A DNA stretch of 64,000 bases from an uncultured Nitrososphaerota archaeon (lineage in GTDB: Archaea; Thermoproteota; Nitrososphaeria; Nitrososphaerales; CADDZS01): the NCBI GenBank assembly GCA_963799845.1, contig CAWCYI010000006.1, positions 480,001 to 544,000 of the forward strand. Reading direction: 5' to 3'. A program made the translations under genes and the position numbers. Of this stretch, positions 50,148-60,499 are shown one piece after another (positions within the stretch are counted from its first letter, which is position 1; each line of letters starts with the position of its first letter). The notes below the pieces were generated by a model that did not search any database, was not told where the DNA came from, and saw only the letters and a list, made by a program, of their open reading frames with translations.

Positions 50148-50813
50148 TTATGGTATGTTAAATGTATGGTATTTGCCGCGAAGCTCTCTCATGAGAGAGG
50201 TTGCCGTCACTGTGGAAAGCCAGTCTATATTTCCGAACGACGGTTTTGACCTTCCTTTAATGATATCGAGAACTCTTCGAGCGATTGTCTCAGATTTTAC
50301 CCGCGAGGTATCGAATTCCGCTATTTTCTCGTACTTGTATTCTTTGAGACACACTGAGGCAATCAACCCGATCAATTCTGCTTCCAAGTTTTCGCGAATT
50401 TTGGCCTCTGAGTACCCCCGCGCGTCGTATCTTTTTCTGAGTACTGTCGGAGAGCAGCGTAGAACTATTACGAGGTCAAGATCTCTGTCCGGAATGACAT
50501 AAGGTAAGAGGTGTCCAGATATTATCCGATTTCCAGTCTTGATTTTTCCTCCCAGTCTTCGCACATCTACAACAAAGTCATCATCTGACTTCTTTCCGTA
50601 CCCTTCTCTAACTGCAAAATCGTTGATTGACACGAATTCTTCCTTCAAAATTTTCGACAAATGTTTTCCAAGAGTTCTCTTTCCGGTACCGGGAGATCCG
50701 GTTATTCCTATCCTTTTTGGTTCGGAAACTCGATTAATTTCAGAGTCTGGACACAACGATTTAATCGGTTTGATTTCTTGTATCCGTTGCAATTTTCTGG
50801 ATTTCATGTCCAA
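50148..50813 (-). CDS. Adenylate kinase AK6/Fap7-like
   Basis: ITGSPGTGK, SGHL, RGYSEAKIRENLEAE. Confidence 0.88.
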   Translation of the reverse strand: MDMKSRKLQRIQEIKPIKSLCPDSEINRVSEPKRIGITGSPGTGKRTLGKHLSKILKEEFVSINDFAVREGYGKKSDDDFVVDVRRLGGKIKTGNRIISGHLLPYVIPDRDLDLVIVLRCSPTVLRKRYDARGYSEAKIRENLEAELIGLIASVCLKEYKYEKIAEFDTSRVKSETIARRVLDIIKGRSKPSFGNIDWLSTVTATSLMRELRGKYHTFNIP

Positions 50814-51216
50814 CCTTCAACCCTCTTTGCTAAGTTCTCAATTCGGATAATTCTGTGTAATAGTATACTCGCCTCAACTTTCGTATTAATGATTGAGGGC
50901 AACCTTGGAAAGACTGTTTTTGTCATTTAGACGAATAAGCTTTCAATAAACAGAACTTCTTTCACTCACTTTCAATACCACGATGATGATGAAAATGATA
51001 CGACCATCCATATAGACCTGCGCCCCACGGTATTATCGAAACGTTCATACCATCGAAACCCATCGCTATGTTTTATCCAAATGAAAAAGAAATATCATGC
51101 AAACCTAGATTATTTCGTCCTCTACCTTTTTGATTTCTCCAGCAGATTTTTTTTAGAATGAATTAGATCCAATTATCCTATAAAACAAAATTTATTGGGC
51201 GGAAAGTTGGAACATA

Positions 51217-52410
51217 TTGAACAAAGAAACTGACATCGCGATCATCGGAGGGGGCTCCACTGGTTCGAGCATACTCTATCATCTCGCAAAACGTGGATTG
51301 ACCGACGCGACACTTTTGGAACGCGGCGAGCAGATTGCGGCTGGGCAGACCTCCAGATCAACGGCGCTTTTACGGTCACATTACAGCATCCCGACGGTTG
51401 CAAAGATGGCCTGGGATAGTTACCAGTTTTTCAAGAATTTCGATGGAGAGGTTGGTACTTCTTGTGGGTTTCGAAAAACAGGGCTTCTGGTTTGTGGTGA
51501 TGCGACAACGGAAAAAGGACTGCTAACGAATTCACAGATGCTTCGAGGAATTGGCATTACCTCTGAACCTGTGGATAAAGGAAAAGCAAAGCAGATCGAG
51601 CCATTCCTAGATGCCGCGATATTTTCGGTCATAGTAAATGAGCCTGAGAGCGGATACGCTGATCCTTCGATAACAGCTAGCGCATTTGCGAATAAAGCAA
51701 AAGATCTTGGTTCTAGCATTCTCACAAATACCAACGTAACGAGCGTCAAGAAGGGTTCGCATTCGAAAGGCTACGAGGTCGAAACGAATAATGGCACAAT
51801 TAGAGCAAAGAAAGTCGTTGTCGCAACCGGCCCCTGGAGCAAAAATTTTTTCGGGAGTATTGGGGTCAAGATTCCCATAAAACCTGTACGACACCCGGTA
51901 GCGATTTTTCAGAGACCTGAAGAATATTCAGGGAATCATCCATTAATCTTTGATTTCCCCCGAGAGGCGTACTACAAACCTGAAGGAAACCATTTTTTCT
52001 ACACAGGCACCCTCGCGAGTGAGCTCGACTTCATGGAAATTGATCCAGACAACTACAATCAGACGGTGAGCTTCGATGAAATTACAAGATTTTCAGAAAA
52101 TGCGGCAACTGCTATTCCTATAATGGGAGCCGGCGGAAGATACCAGCGCGGGTACACGGGAGTGTATGACGTTACGCCGGACCAGCAGCCGATTATCGAT
52201 GAATTTTCAGATGTGGGTTACGAGGATCTTTTCTGCTTAATTGGTTTGAGCGGGCACGGGTTTAAGTTGTCGCCGGCTTTTGGCAGGATCATGAGCGACT
52301 TTCTCATTGGTGAGAAGACATCGAACTACGACCGCTCCATATTCCGAAGGTCCAGGTTTGAAGAGGGCAAGCTCCTATTGAGTCGCTACAGTCTGTCCAC
52401 TGTTGGATAG
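51217..52410 (+). CDS. FAD-dependent amine/amino-acid oxidoreductase (DAO/sarcosine oxidase beta-like)
   Basis: IIGGG, TPDQQPII, SGHGFKLSP. Confidence 0.9.
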   Translation: MNKETDIAIIGGGSTGSSILYHLAKRGLTDATLLERGEQIAAGQTSRSTALLRSHYSIPTVAKMAWDSYQFFKNFDGEVGTSCGFRKTGLLVCGDATTEKGLLTNSQMLRGIGITSEPVDKGKAKQIEPFLDAAIFSVIVNEPESGYADPSITASAFANKAKDLGSSILTNTNVTSVKKGSHSKGYEVETNNGTIRAKKVVVATGPWSKNFFGSIGVKIPIKPVRHPVAIFQRPEEYSGNHPLIFDFPREAYYKPEGNHFFYTGTLASELDFMEIDPDNYNQTVSFDEITRFSENAATAIPIMGAGGRYQRGYTGVYDVTPDQQPIIDEFSDVGYEDLFCLIGLSGHGFKLSPAFGRIMSDFLIGEKTSNYDRSIFRRSRFEEGKLLLSRYSLSTVG

Positions 52411-52623
52411 TTCTTCAGCCACTCTTTCAAGAAATGCTCCTCGACAGCGGTCGATTAGAGACTGATAGGAACTCCAATCCGGGCCCGTTGGAGAGAACTT
52501 TCATTGATCTCAACTTTCACTTCATCTTGAAACGCGGTCTCCCATTCCTGATTACCGATACCGATTTCAAAGCCATCTGTTATTTCTACTCCCTTCCATA
52601 GGATCTTACCGCAGCTGATATTT

Positions 52624-53367
52624 GTGGACACAAACTTTAGAGCTCGCGCCGTTGTTTTTGATCTATTTAGCGCAGTAGTAGACCCTGACGAATTCCGTCC
52701 AAAAGAATTCAACATCATAGCAAAGATCGCCGAGGTGTTTAATCTCGACCCAACTGTTTTCAACAAATACTGGAATGAATCAGCTCATGTTAGGAACACG
52801 AGCAGATCGAGAAAACCGCTTGACCTTATTGAAGACTATTTGGCGAGAAACAATTGCAGACGCCCATCAAAGGGTGACATGTTAATCGCTGATACACTGC
52901 TCGGCAGGTACTTCGATATGGCATTGCAAAATCCAAAGTCGGACGTCACTTTCGCTCTGCACAACCTGAAGTACCAAGGTCTGAAGCTGGGCGCTATTTC
53001 GAACACGAACTCCAGAGAGATTTCGACATGGTTTCGCTCGCCTCTTTCGGGAGTATTCGAAACGACGAGTTTTTCCTGTAACACTGGATTTGAGAATCCC
53101 TCTTTGGAGGCGCATAATTTCATCCTCAATCGTCTGGGCATAGTTTCGAGCTCCTGTGTTTATGTCAGTGGCGGAGATGCTCGTATGTTGAAGGGAGCTA
53201 AAGATGTGGGATACGGGATGATAATTTTCATGGAGGGATTCGTTGCAAAGCATCACAGTCTGCCAGATCAAGAAATTGCAGATTCTGAGGCAATGGCTGA
53301 CGCAACAATTCAGAGGATTTCAGAACTCGAGGAGCTCCTAAGACCGGGGCAGACCCAGCTTGTCTAA
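52624..53367 (+). CDS. HAD-superfamily hydrolase-like protein (degenerate motifs)
   Basis: VVFDL, ISNT; motif III K and motif IV GD altered. Confidence 0.7.
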   Translation: MDTNFRARAVVFDLFSAVVDPDEFRPKEFNIIAKIAEVFNLDPTVFNKYWNESAHVRNTSRSRKPLDLIEDYLARNNCRRPSKGDMLIADTLLGRYFDMALQNPKSDVTFALHNLKYQGLKLGAISNTNSREISTWFRSPLSGVFETTSFSCNTGFENPSLEAHNFILNRLGIVSSSCVYVSGGDARMLKGAKDVGYGMIIFMEGFVAKHHSLPDQEIADSEAMADATIQRISELEELLRPGQTQLV

Positions 53368-53562
53368 AATTAGGCAGTAATTCGTTTCGATTAGTTACTA
53401 AGAGTCCATCTTCACTTGTGGTCAGTTTGGAGATTTACTGAACTATGAAATAGGTGCTCCGGCCGAGAATTGCACCAATAAGTGTAAATCCCCTTTTTCT
53501 AGAGAAGTCAGGGAATCAACGACTCGGCAGTCCTATTTTAGAACCTGAATTTGATACCTGGC

Positions 53563-54291
53563 CTACTCCTCCGCAGCACCCCCTCGTTCCCGCAGATGCC
53601 TACGGAGAGTATAGGAAGGATCTGAATTACGCTTTGCTAGGTACCCATCTAAGTCCAATTGTTCAGAAAGCTTCTTTCCGTCCTGAATAGCCTCTGCTTG
53701 TTGCCGCTCGACCTTCCAAATGGACTTGCCAGCTTCCAGCACTTCTTCGATTGTGGCCGATGGCACGAAAAGTACGCCATCTTCATCCGCAAAAACCACA
53801 TCATCACCGTCAACAGTGAAACCGTCCCATTGAGCTGAAGAAAGATCCTGGGGAATCCTCTTATCGACGCGACGAGGACCCGCTGGATACGACCCATAGC
53901 TGAACACGGGAAAGCCCAACCGCACCAACTCTTTCGTGTCCCGATGATAACCCCGCACGACCAAACCCGCTACGCCCCACGCCCGGGCCTCCATAACAGT
54001 CAAATCACCCACGCAACTCTCGTCGCTTCGACCATCGTTATCCACAACCAGCACGTCTCCAGGCAGCGCCTTCCTCAAGACCTCAAGGAAAACGTCTACA
54101 CTCCCTCGGTGATGAGCGGGTAGCGCCCGACCTGCAACGCGCGTGTCAGGCACTAACGGACGTATGCCAGACGGGGCGATGCGCAAGGGGACTTGAAGGC
54201 GCACACATGCATCGGCGATAAGAGGAGTAGAAAGATTGGAAAAGGCGCTTTCCAACAATTTGTTGTCCATTGCGATCGTCCATTTTTTCAT
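53563..54291 (-). CDS. RraA/HMG aldolase family protein
   Basis: GDVLVVD, GDL, HRD, FADEDGV. Confidence 0.88.
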   Translation of the reverse strand: MKKWTIAMDNKLLESAFSNLSTPLIADACVRLQVPLRIAPSGIRPLVPDTRVAGRALPAHHRGSVDVFLEVLRKALPGDVLVVDNDGRSDESCVGDLTVMEARAWGVAGLVVRGYHRDTKELVRLGFPVFSYGSYPAGPRRVDKRIPQDLSSAQWDGFTVDGDDVVFADEDGVLFVPSATIEEVLEAGKSIWKVERQQAEAIQDGKKLSEQLDLDGYLAKRNSDPSYTLRRHLRERGGAAEE

Positions 54292-54753
54292 GCCTGTAAT
54301 TAAGCATGAATGGCAAGTTGCAGGCGAAGGAGTTACACTACCTTTGTCGTCAAAGGGACTGTCACTGCGGAGTGAAATAAATCAGAACGAGTTAAGTGAT
54401 CTTACTTTCTTAATGATGGCAGAGAAGACCGCAACTCTGTGAGTAACCTATCTAGTTGAAAACGGAATAAGCCTGTCCAAAGAATAGGAGTTATCTTGAA
54501 GAAAAGAATCTGCCAGCGAAATGCGACAATTCACGAGGAAAGTATTGCTCGGTGAATTTAAGACAAGACTTATTCGTTAGCGCAATTTTCGATGGCTCGA
54601 CAGCAAGACAGTTTGTAAAGAAGCCATATTATCCAAATTGTTCACCGACTCGAGAAAGACCGACAAACCTTTGGCCTTCTACCTCTCGCGTCCGTTTCGA
54701 GATACTGATAAATCAGAGATTAAGTTACGCATTGAGCAAATCTGGAGGTTTTC

Positions 54754-55635
54754 ATGGATATGTCATTAGTTGAACAGGTTCGAAGCTTCAATCGGACCAT
54801 GACAGAGCGCGTTGGTGTACTCAACGATCACTTCCTGGGCCGAAACCATCCTCTTGGTGAAGCACGGCTCTTGTGGGAGATCGGAGAAGAGGGGGCGAGA
54901 ATTCGGGAACTCCGACGTCGGCTTGGGCTCGATTCTGCTAACGTCAGCCGCCTGCTGCGCTCTCTTGAGAAACAAGGCTTGATTTTGGTGAGGACGAGTG
55001 AGAATGACGGAAGAGTTCGCCTAGTCCAGCTTACCGATGCTGGCCTTCGTGAGCGAGCAGAGCTTGATCACCGAGCCGATGCTTTCGCCCGTTCTCTCGT
55101 GGAGCCACTCAGCAAGAGCCAGCGCGTCAAACTAGTCGCAGCAATGTCACAGGTAGAGCGGCTTCTGATCGCATCAATGGTCCAGGTCACAGTTGCCGAT
55201 CCAACCAGTCAGGATGCCAGATGGTGCTTTGAGCAGTACTTCACCGAACTGGGGCGGCGCTTTGATAGTGGTTTCGATCCTACCCTTAGCATTTCGGCGA
55301 ATGCGCACGAACTCACTTCCCCAGCTGGTCTGTTGCTCGTTGCCTATCTGCGAGAGGAGCCTGTGGGCTGTGGTGCATTAAAGTTTCACGAGAACACTGT
55401 CGGGGAACTCAAACGTATGTGGGTAGCTCCACGAGCGCGTGGTCTTGGGCTGGGACGGCGTCTGCTCGTGGCGCTGGAGCAATCAGCAAGGGAAGCGGGA
55501 ATCACGATCCTTCACCTGGAAACGAACCGCACACTCATTGAAGCCATCGAGCTGTACCGAAACTCTCGATACCAGGAGGTAGAAGCCTTCAACGAAGAGC
55601 CCTATGCACATCACTGGTTTGAAAAGCGCCTTTGA
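54754..55635 (+). CDS. MarR-GNAT fusion protein
   Basis: wHTH N-terminus; ELKRMWV..ARGLGLGRRLL; YAHHWFEK. Confidence 0.9.
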   Translation: MDMSLVEQVRSFNRTMTERVGVLNDHFLGRNHPLGEARLLWEIGEEGARIRELRRRLGLDSANVSRLLRSLEKQGLILVRTSENDGRVRLVQLTDAGLRERAELDHRADAFARSLVEPLSKSQRVKLVAAMSQVERLLIASMVQVTVADPTSQDARWCFEQYFTELGRRFDSGFDPTLSISANAHELTSPAGLLLVAYLREEPVGCGALKFHENTVGELKRMWVAPRARGLGLGRRLLVALEQSAREAGITILHLETNRTLIEAIELYRNSRYQEVEAFNEEPYAHHWFEKRL

Positions 55636-55646
55636 ACGTGCGCCAC

Positions 55647-55675
55647 GGGGAGACCAATCGCAATCGGTTTTCCCC
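55647..55675 (+). terminator. Stem-loop downstream of the MarR-GNAT gene
   Basis: GGGGAGACC-N10-GGTTTTCCCC. Confidence 0.35.
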
Positions 55676-55926
55676 CCAATAACCTCTTTCTCAAAAAATA
55701 CAATCCCTCTTTAGACAATCACACGATTTACTACATCGATTGAGATCACTCCTCTTACGTTGAGAGAGTCCCCTTTTTCTCATTGTGACCGAGGTGAAAT
55801 CAGGGCTTTCCCACCAATTTCGTTGGATGGTTCAGGCAGTTCGTAACAAAGCATAGTGATTCATGGAAAATGATTTTCCATTCGGTGTTTAGTTTCAGTA
55901 TGCTTAGCTTTGGAATTTTTCATCCC

Positions 55927-56856
55927 TTATCGAAACACTTCTGTCGTCAGGTACTTCAGCCCGGTGTCCACGGCAATCGTTACAATGTTCTTTTCTCCAC
56001 CTAATTTCTTTGCAATCTGGAGCGCGCAGAGAACATTCGCACCCGTAGAGGTGCCTGAAAATATTCCCTCATCTCTCGCCAATCTTCTAGCAGTTTCCTG
56101 CGCCTCCTCGGTCGAAACAGTTACAATTTCATCGTAGAGATCCTGCCTAAGAAGCGGTGGGACAAATCCTACGCCTATACCTTCGATGTGGTGGGTTCCT
56201 TTGATTCCCTTAGAGACCTGCGGTGTTTCTGTAGGTTCTACAAGGAAAACACCGATTTCCTTTCTTTTAGCTTTGAGCACTTCCGCCACTCCCATGGCAC
56301 AGCCAGCAGTACCAAATGCCGCCACGAATGCATCTAGATTGCCATAAAGCTGATTCAGGATCTCAGTTCCGATTGTATTGTACCCTTTCAGTTGATTTTT
56401 GTTGTAAAACTGATTTGTGCGATAAGTGTGAGGCTCCTTGTCCATTACTTCCGCTACCTCCATCATTCTAGGTATAAGATCGGGAGTCATCTTACCGTCT
56501 TCACTTGGCACAATGGTCAAGTCCGCGCCGAATGCTTTCATTGTATTCCTTTTTTCTTCCGAGAACGCGTCCGAGGTCACTATCTTGAGTCTGTAACCTT
56601 TGAATGCACAAACGAAGGCAAGTGAGGTTCCAGTGCTACCTGCAGTCTATTCTAGGACCGTATCGCCCCGCTTCAACAGCTCCTGCCTTTCCGCTCCTTC
56701 TATCATCGCGAGAGCCATTCTGTCCTTCATGCTTCCTGTAGGATTGAAGAACTCCAGTTTGACGAAAACATTCGCATCAAGCCCTCTGGTCATCTTGTTT
56801 AGCCTAACTAGCGGGGTATCTCCTATAGAGAGAAGAACACTGTTTCTGACATTCAT
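55927..56856 (-). pseudogene. cysK: Cysteine synthase family protein interrupted by an in-frame TAG
   Basis: NPTGSMKDR...TVLE-TAG-TAGSTGTSLA continues in frame into the 55927-56580 ORF. Confidence 0.85.
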
Positions 56857-56953
56857 GTTAAGTAATCCGTCTGATCACGGAGAAGAATGTCATATTTCCA
56901 ACATAATGCTCCGTTTGCAATCCAAAAAAGATCCTCAATAGAAATCGACATAG

Positions 56954-57790
56954 CTACACGTCCAGCTTGAAAATCTTTCTGACCTGACCTTCGAACCTAG
57001 ATTGGGGTAGGAGCCTCTTGAATAAGAGGGCTGTCTTCTCTCTACCGACAGCATAACGAAGTTTGGGCTTTTCAGTCTCGATTACTCTAAGTACTGTTTC
57101 TGCAACAAGTCTAGGATCCTGCGCATTCTCGGAGCGTTTCCTGATTTCCGATAGAAATCTCATGCGAACTTGATTGTAATCATCGATTCTCACCTTGACA
57201 ATCTTGGCGGAGCTAGCGATGTTTGTACGGAAGAACCCAGGCTCAAGGATCGAAACGTTGATGCCAAGTCTCTTCGTCTCGTGCCTAAGCGCTTCAGTAA
57301 ACCCTTCGAGCGCGAATTTGGAGACAGCGTAAAATCCATGAAAGGGGAGAGCGAATTGCCCCGCGAGCGACCCTATGTTGATGATTTGTCCACTACGTTG
57401 CTTTCGCATCGTCGGTAGGACTGCCCTAACTATTCTAAGTGCTCCGAACAGGTTCGTTTCAAGTTGCAGTTTCGCCTCCTCAATGGTTGTTTCTTCTATC
57501 CTACCGATTGACACGAATCCTGCGTTGTTCACGAGCACATCGAGATGACCTTCAGTCTTTTGTTTTAGAGCGTCAACACATGGACCTGCGGACTCGTCTG
57601 AGTTCACATCGAGTGGAAGCACCTCGAACTTACGGGTCGATTGACCGTCTCTGGAGGGATTGCGACTTGTCCCAAACACCTTATACCCGCGCTCAGCGAG
57701 AAGATTAGATGTGGCCTTGCCAAAGCCTGACGAGGCTCCCGTGACGAGAACAACTTTCGGGCGAGAGGATGTATTGTTTTTGTAAGCCAA
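56954..57790 (-). CDS. Short-chain dehydrogenase/reductase
   Basis: TGASSGFG, NNAG, YAVSK. Confidence 0.93.
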   Translation of the reverse strand: MAYKNNTSSRPKVVLVTGASSGFGKATSNLLAERGYKVFGTSRNPSRDGQSTRKFEVLPLDVNSDESAGPCVDALKQKTEGHLDVLVNNAGFVSIGRIEETTIEEAKLQLETNLFGALRIVRAVLPTMRKQRSGQIINIGSLAGQFALPFHGFYAVSKFALEGFTEALRHETKRLGINVSILEPGFFRTNIASSAKIVKVRIDDYNQVRMRFLSEIRKRSENAQDPRLVAETVLRVIETEKPKLRYAVGREKTALLFKRLLPQSRFEGQVRKIFKLDV

Positions 57791-57926
57791 TTAGTCTTCA
57801 CGCCATTTGAACAATCGAACTGCTAACGCGAAGAACGCGATGGATGCGACTGCGAGCACAGCAAGGTCTGTAAGTGCAACGCTGTAGTTTCCGTAAACCA
57901 TGACGTTGATCAGCCCGTCTATCGCG
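57791..57926 (-). pseudogene. C-terminal remnant of an ABC-2 type permease
   Basis: AIDGLINVMVYGN...LAVRLFKWRED*; 5' part missing. Confidence 0.6.
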
Positions 57927-58092
57927 CACGAACTTATCTCATTCCTCTAGGAATCCTTCTCCCACCTGCAAAGATCAATGCCATTTGTTCATGACAATTT
58001 CTCTAATTTGCAATAGTTGAAAAGTAGTATCAATTACTCTCGTTAATATAAGTTGGAGTGGCGTCGACGACCTCGGGAGATTTAATCTGAAA

Positions 58093-58800
58093 TTATGAAA
58101 CCGCTTCCAAGCTTATGAATGGATGTAACGAATTGAGAATCTTGTTCTCGGCTTTTCTCAAGTGATCGACGAAACTCGAGCGGGGAATACGCATCGCCTT
58201 TGCTACTTTGGCCGCGTTCGCCCCTCTCGGTTTCTTGTAGTATCCGATATCAAGTGCCGTTTGCAATGCGGTTTTCTGCTTCGAGGTCAGCTCGCCGAAC
58301 AAACTGGATCTTGATATATTCAGATTATCGCGAACTACGTCGCCGTCCACCTTCCTCCTTGACAGCATCTCGATTTTTCCGTAGCTATCAAGGTTGGAGA
58401 ATAATTTCCTGATGTCCGTCTGGGAAAATGCTATGACGCGACACAATTCCGAACCTTGCTGAAATATGTACGGCTGCAACACCAGGCAGTTGAATCGATC
58501 TATGGTCACCAGTGGAGGAGAAATGACTTTCTTGCAGATACACTGGCTGAAGACTATGCGGAGAGTGCTCTTTGTTAGAGATTTTCGTATAATCTTGGAC
58601 TGGAGGTTCTTCGCTAAATCCTGGATGTCTCCCTGAATCTCCTTATCGATTGAAGACAGTCCACCGATCTCGATATAGTCCTTGTGCCAGTTGCACCACT
58701 GTGAAATCGACACGCCTTGATGAGTTGAAGTGAAACGCCCAAACGGGGAATCGTACTGTATTCTGAATGTAATCTCATAGTGGGTCATAAGATTCTGCAA
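58093..58800 (-). CDS. Bat-like HTH_10 transcriptional regulator
   Basis: LTSKQKTALQTALDIGYY..PR...HLRKAENK. Confidence 0.88.
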   Translation of the reverse strand: MQNLMTHYEITFRIQYDSPFGRFTSTHQGVSISQWCNWHKDYIEIGGLSSIDKEIQGDIQDLAKNLQSKIIRKSLTKSTLRIVFSQCICKKVISPPLVTIDRFNCLVLQPYIFQQGSELCRVIAFSQTDIRKLFSNLDSYGKIEMLSRRKVDGDVVRDNLNISRSSLFGELTSKQKTALQTALDIGYYKKPRGANAAKVAKAMRIPRSSFVDHLRKAENKILNSLHPFISLEAVS

Positions 58801-58851
58801 ACATTGAGCGCATTTATAGTAACAACTGTACCGTGACGGTAGTGTGAAACA

Positions 58852-59301
58852 TTAGTTGATTTTGGGTAACAGGCGGGAAATATTCGGCCCATCGACTCGA
58901 TTAGAGTTGGGAATGTCTTTCATGCTTTTGATCGAATCAGATACGGGGACATCCTTCATGATCTGCGAAAAGACTGAATCTGGTAGGAAGATCGCCGGCG
59001 CGCCGGGGAATTTCTTGAAAGTTGAGTTCAACAGTCGCTCGAAGACTCCAAGCTTTGAAAGATCTACTATCTTGACCGATAGACCAGCTTGTACGGCCAG
59101 ATCCGTGGCGTACTGGACCATGAGCTTCTGAGTCTCTTCTAGCTGATCCTCGTATAGAACCTTGCGTTCTGGGAGAGTCGTAAGAGGGATGACCCACCGA
59201 GCTGGCATAGGGACAATGATGCAGCTGACAGCCACACGCTTTGATCTCACGAAGACCTTTACAATCCGAGGTTTATGTTTGGTCCCCAAGTCCTTTTGCA
59301 C
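58852..59301 (-). CDS. Hypothetical protein
   Basis: ORF with coding-like composition. Confidence 0.5.
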   Translation of the reverse strand: MQKDLGTKHKPRIVKVFVRSKRVAVSCIIVPMPARWVIPLTTLPERKVLYEDQLEETQKLMVQYATDLAVQAGLSVKIVDLSKLGVFERLLNSTFKKFPGAPAIFLPDSVFSQIMKDVPVSDSIKSMKDIPNSNRVDGPNISRLLPKIN

Positions 59302-59785
59302 TTCTATTCCAGAATAACGTGGGAATTACACTTGGTTCTTGTGCCGTTCCCTGCCGGGTATTCTTTTAGTGGGGCAGGAAATGGGGTCCGACTTTTGGAT
59401 GAGTCGCCGCGTGTCTACTGCAACTCATAGGGAAGCACGCGTAGCCGTTCAAGATAGTATCAGCACTCCATGTGTATTAAGTACCCCGCGCGCGCTAGAG
59501 AGTCGAGTACTTTTCGGTGCTTCTTCATATTTTTCTTGGCTATTTTTAGGAAGTCTCGATGGACTGCCATAATTCTGCACTTCTTTAGCAAGTAATAGAG
59601 CCGCACGACTCCCCCGGCGTCGAACTTCGAAGCCAATCTAAGATACGAACCGAAAGAGCCGTACAAAGTCCTCTTAAGCTGAAACTCGATTTAAGTAAAA
59701 GAAGAGTTCTAGCGCTCGGTGATCGAGAACTCTCGTATATCGGGTTCAGAAAGACTCGAAATAGATTAGCCGTTTCTGGCGTCTT

Positions 59786-59813
59786 TATTCTAGTAAATTG
59801 GGGTTCAAATCCC
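59786..59813 (+). repeat. Divergent fourth copy of the 28-bp site
   Basis: TATTCTAGTAA-ATTGGG-GTTCAAATCCC, same spacing as the other copies. Confidence 0.5.
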
Positions 59814-59979
59814 AAATCTCACGTTTAGGAATTATACAATGTAGAGGATTTACTACAAGGTTTGCATATGAAAGTAATGTGCCGTCATTGGCTTGAGTGG
59901 TGTTAGAGCAGAGCCATGCCCTAAACTTTAGACGGCCAAGCATGAGAAGTTCTAGCTGCACAGAATAATAGTAAAAGCA

Positions 59980-60141
59980 TGCTCCGGCCGGGATTTGAAC
60001 CCGGGTCAGTGACTCTGGAGTTCCCCTTGCAAGGGAAATATCTCCCATATTTCTACGACGAGAGGCCACTATGCTTTTCCGTTAGATTCCGACGAAACGT
60101 ACTTTTCCAGCGAAATCAAGGCCGGGCTACACCACCGGAGC
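59980..60141 (-). tRNA. tRNA-Glu(CTC) with multiple introns (87 nt intervening)
   Basis: GCTCCGG/CCGGAGC acceptor, GTGGC-CT-CTC-GA-GTCAC anticodon arm after splicing, TTCAAAT T-loop. Confidence 0.92.
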
Positions 60142-60155
60142 GCTCTTCTTCACAA

Positions 60156-60380
60156 CTATTGCCCGCCGAGAATATTCTTTGCGGCGAGCCTTATATCTGA
60201 AGCTTTCACCGTATGTCTGCCCGCATGCAATGACAACTCGATTGCACTTTTCGCGATCTGGTTTGCAAGGTTTTGAACCACACGGCGGAGTTCCTCTGCC
60301 GCTTCATCGCTGACACGTTCGGCCCCAGATTTTTTGATTATCCGGTACACGGCAGCAAGACCGAATTCTGTTTCAGACAA
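60156..60380 (-). CDS. Archaeal histone (HMf family)
   Basis: GAGGAG RBS and TTG start; RIIKKSGAERVS...HAGRHTVKASDI. Confidence 0.95.
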   Translation of the reverse strand: MSETEFGLAAVYRIIKKSGAERVSDEAAEELRRVVQNLANQIAKSAIELSLHAGRHTVKASDIRLAAKNILGGQ

Positions 60381-60499
60381 GTGACTCCTCGAAATCGAAA
60401 CGCATGCCGCGAGCATATTTTAACTTTGAGCGGCGCCATCTAAAAAGCAGAAATACGTCAAGGGACAGGCTTACTCTGTTAGTTTTTTTCTAGCCGAGA

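Noticed and set aside
50962-51063. 33-aa His-rich minus-strand ORF (MGFDG...YHFHHHRGIESE)
   Set aside because: Short, with no RBS or recognisable homology; cannot be supported
59460-59780. Possible toxin-antitoxin remnant (KKNMKKHRKVLDSLA)
   Set aside because: Too degenerate, and no toxin motif found
59785-60200. ORFs overlapping tRNA-Glu
   Set aside because: Explained by the tRNA gene
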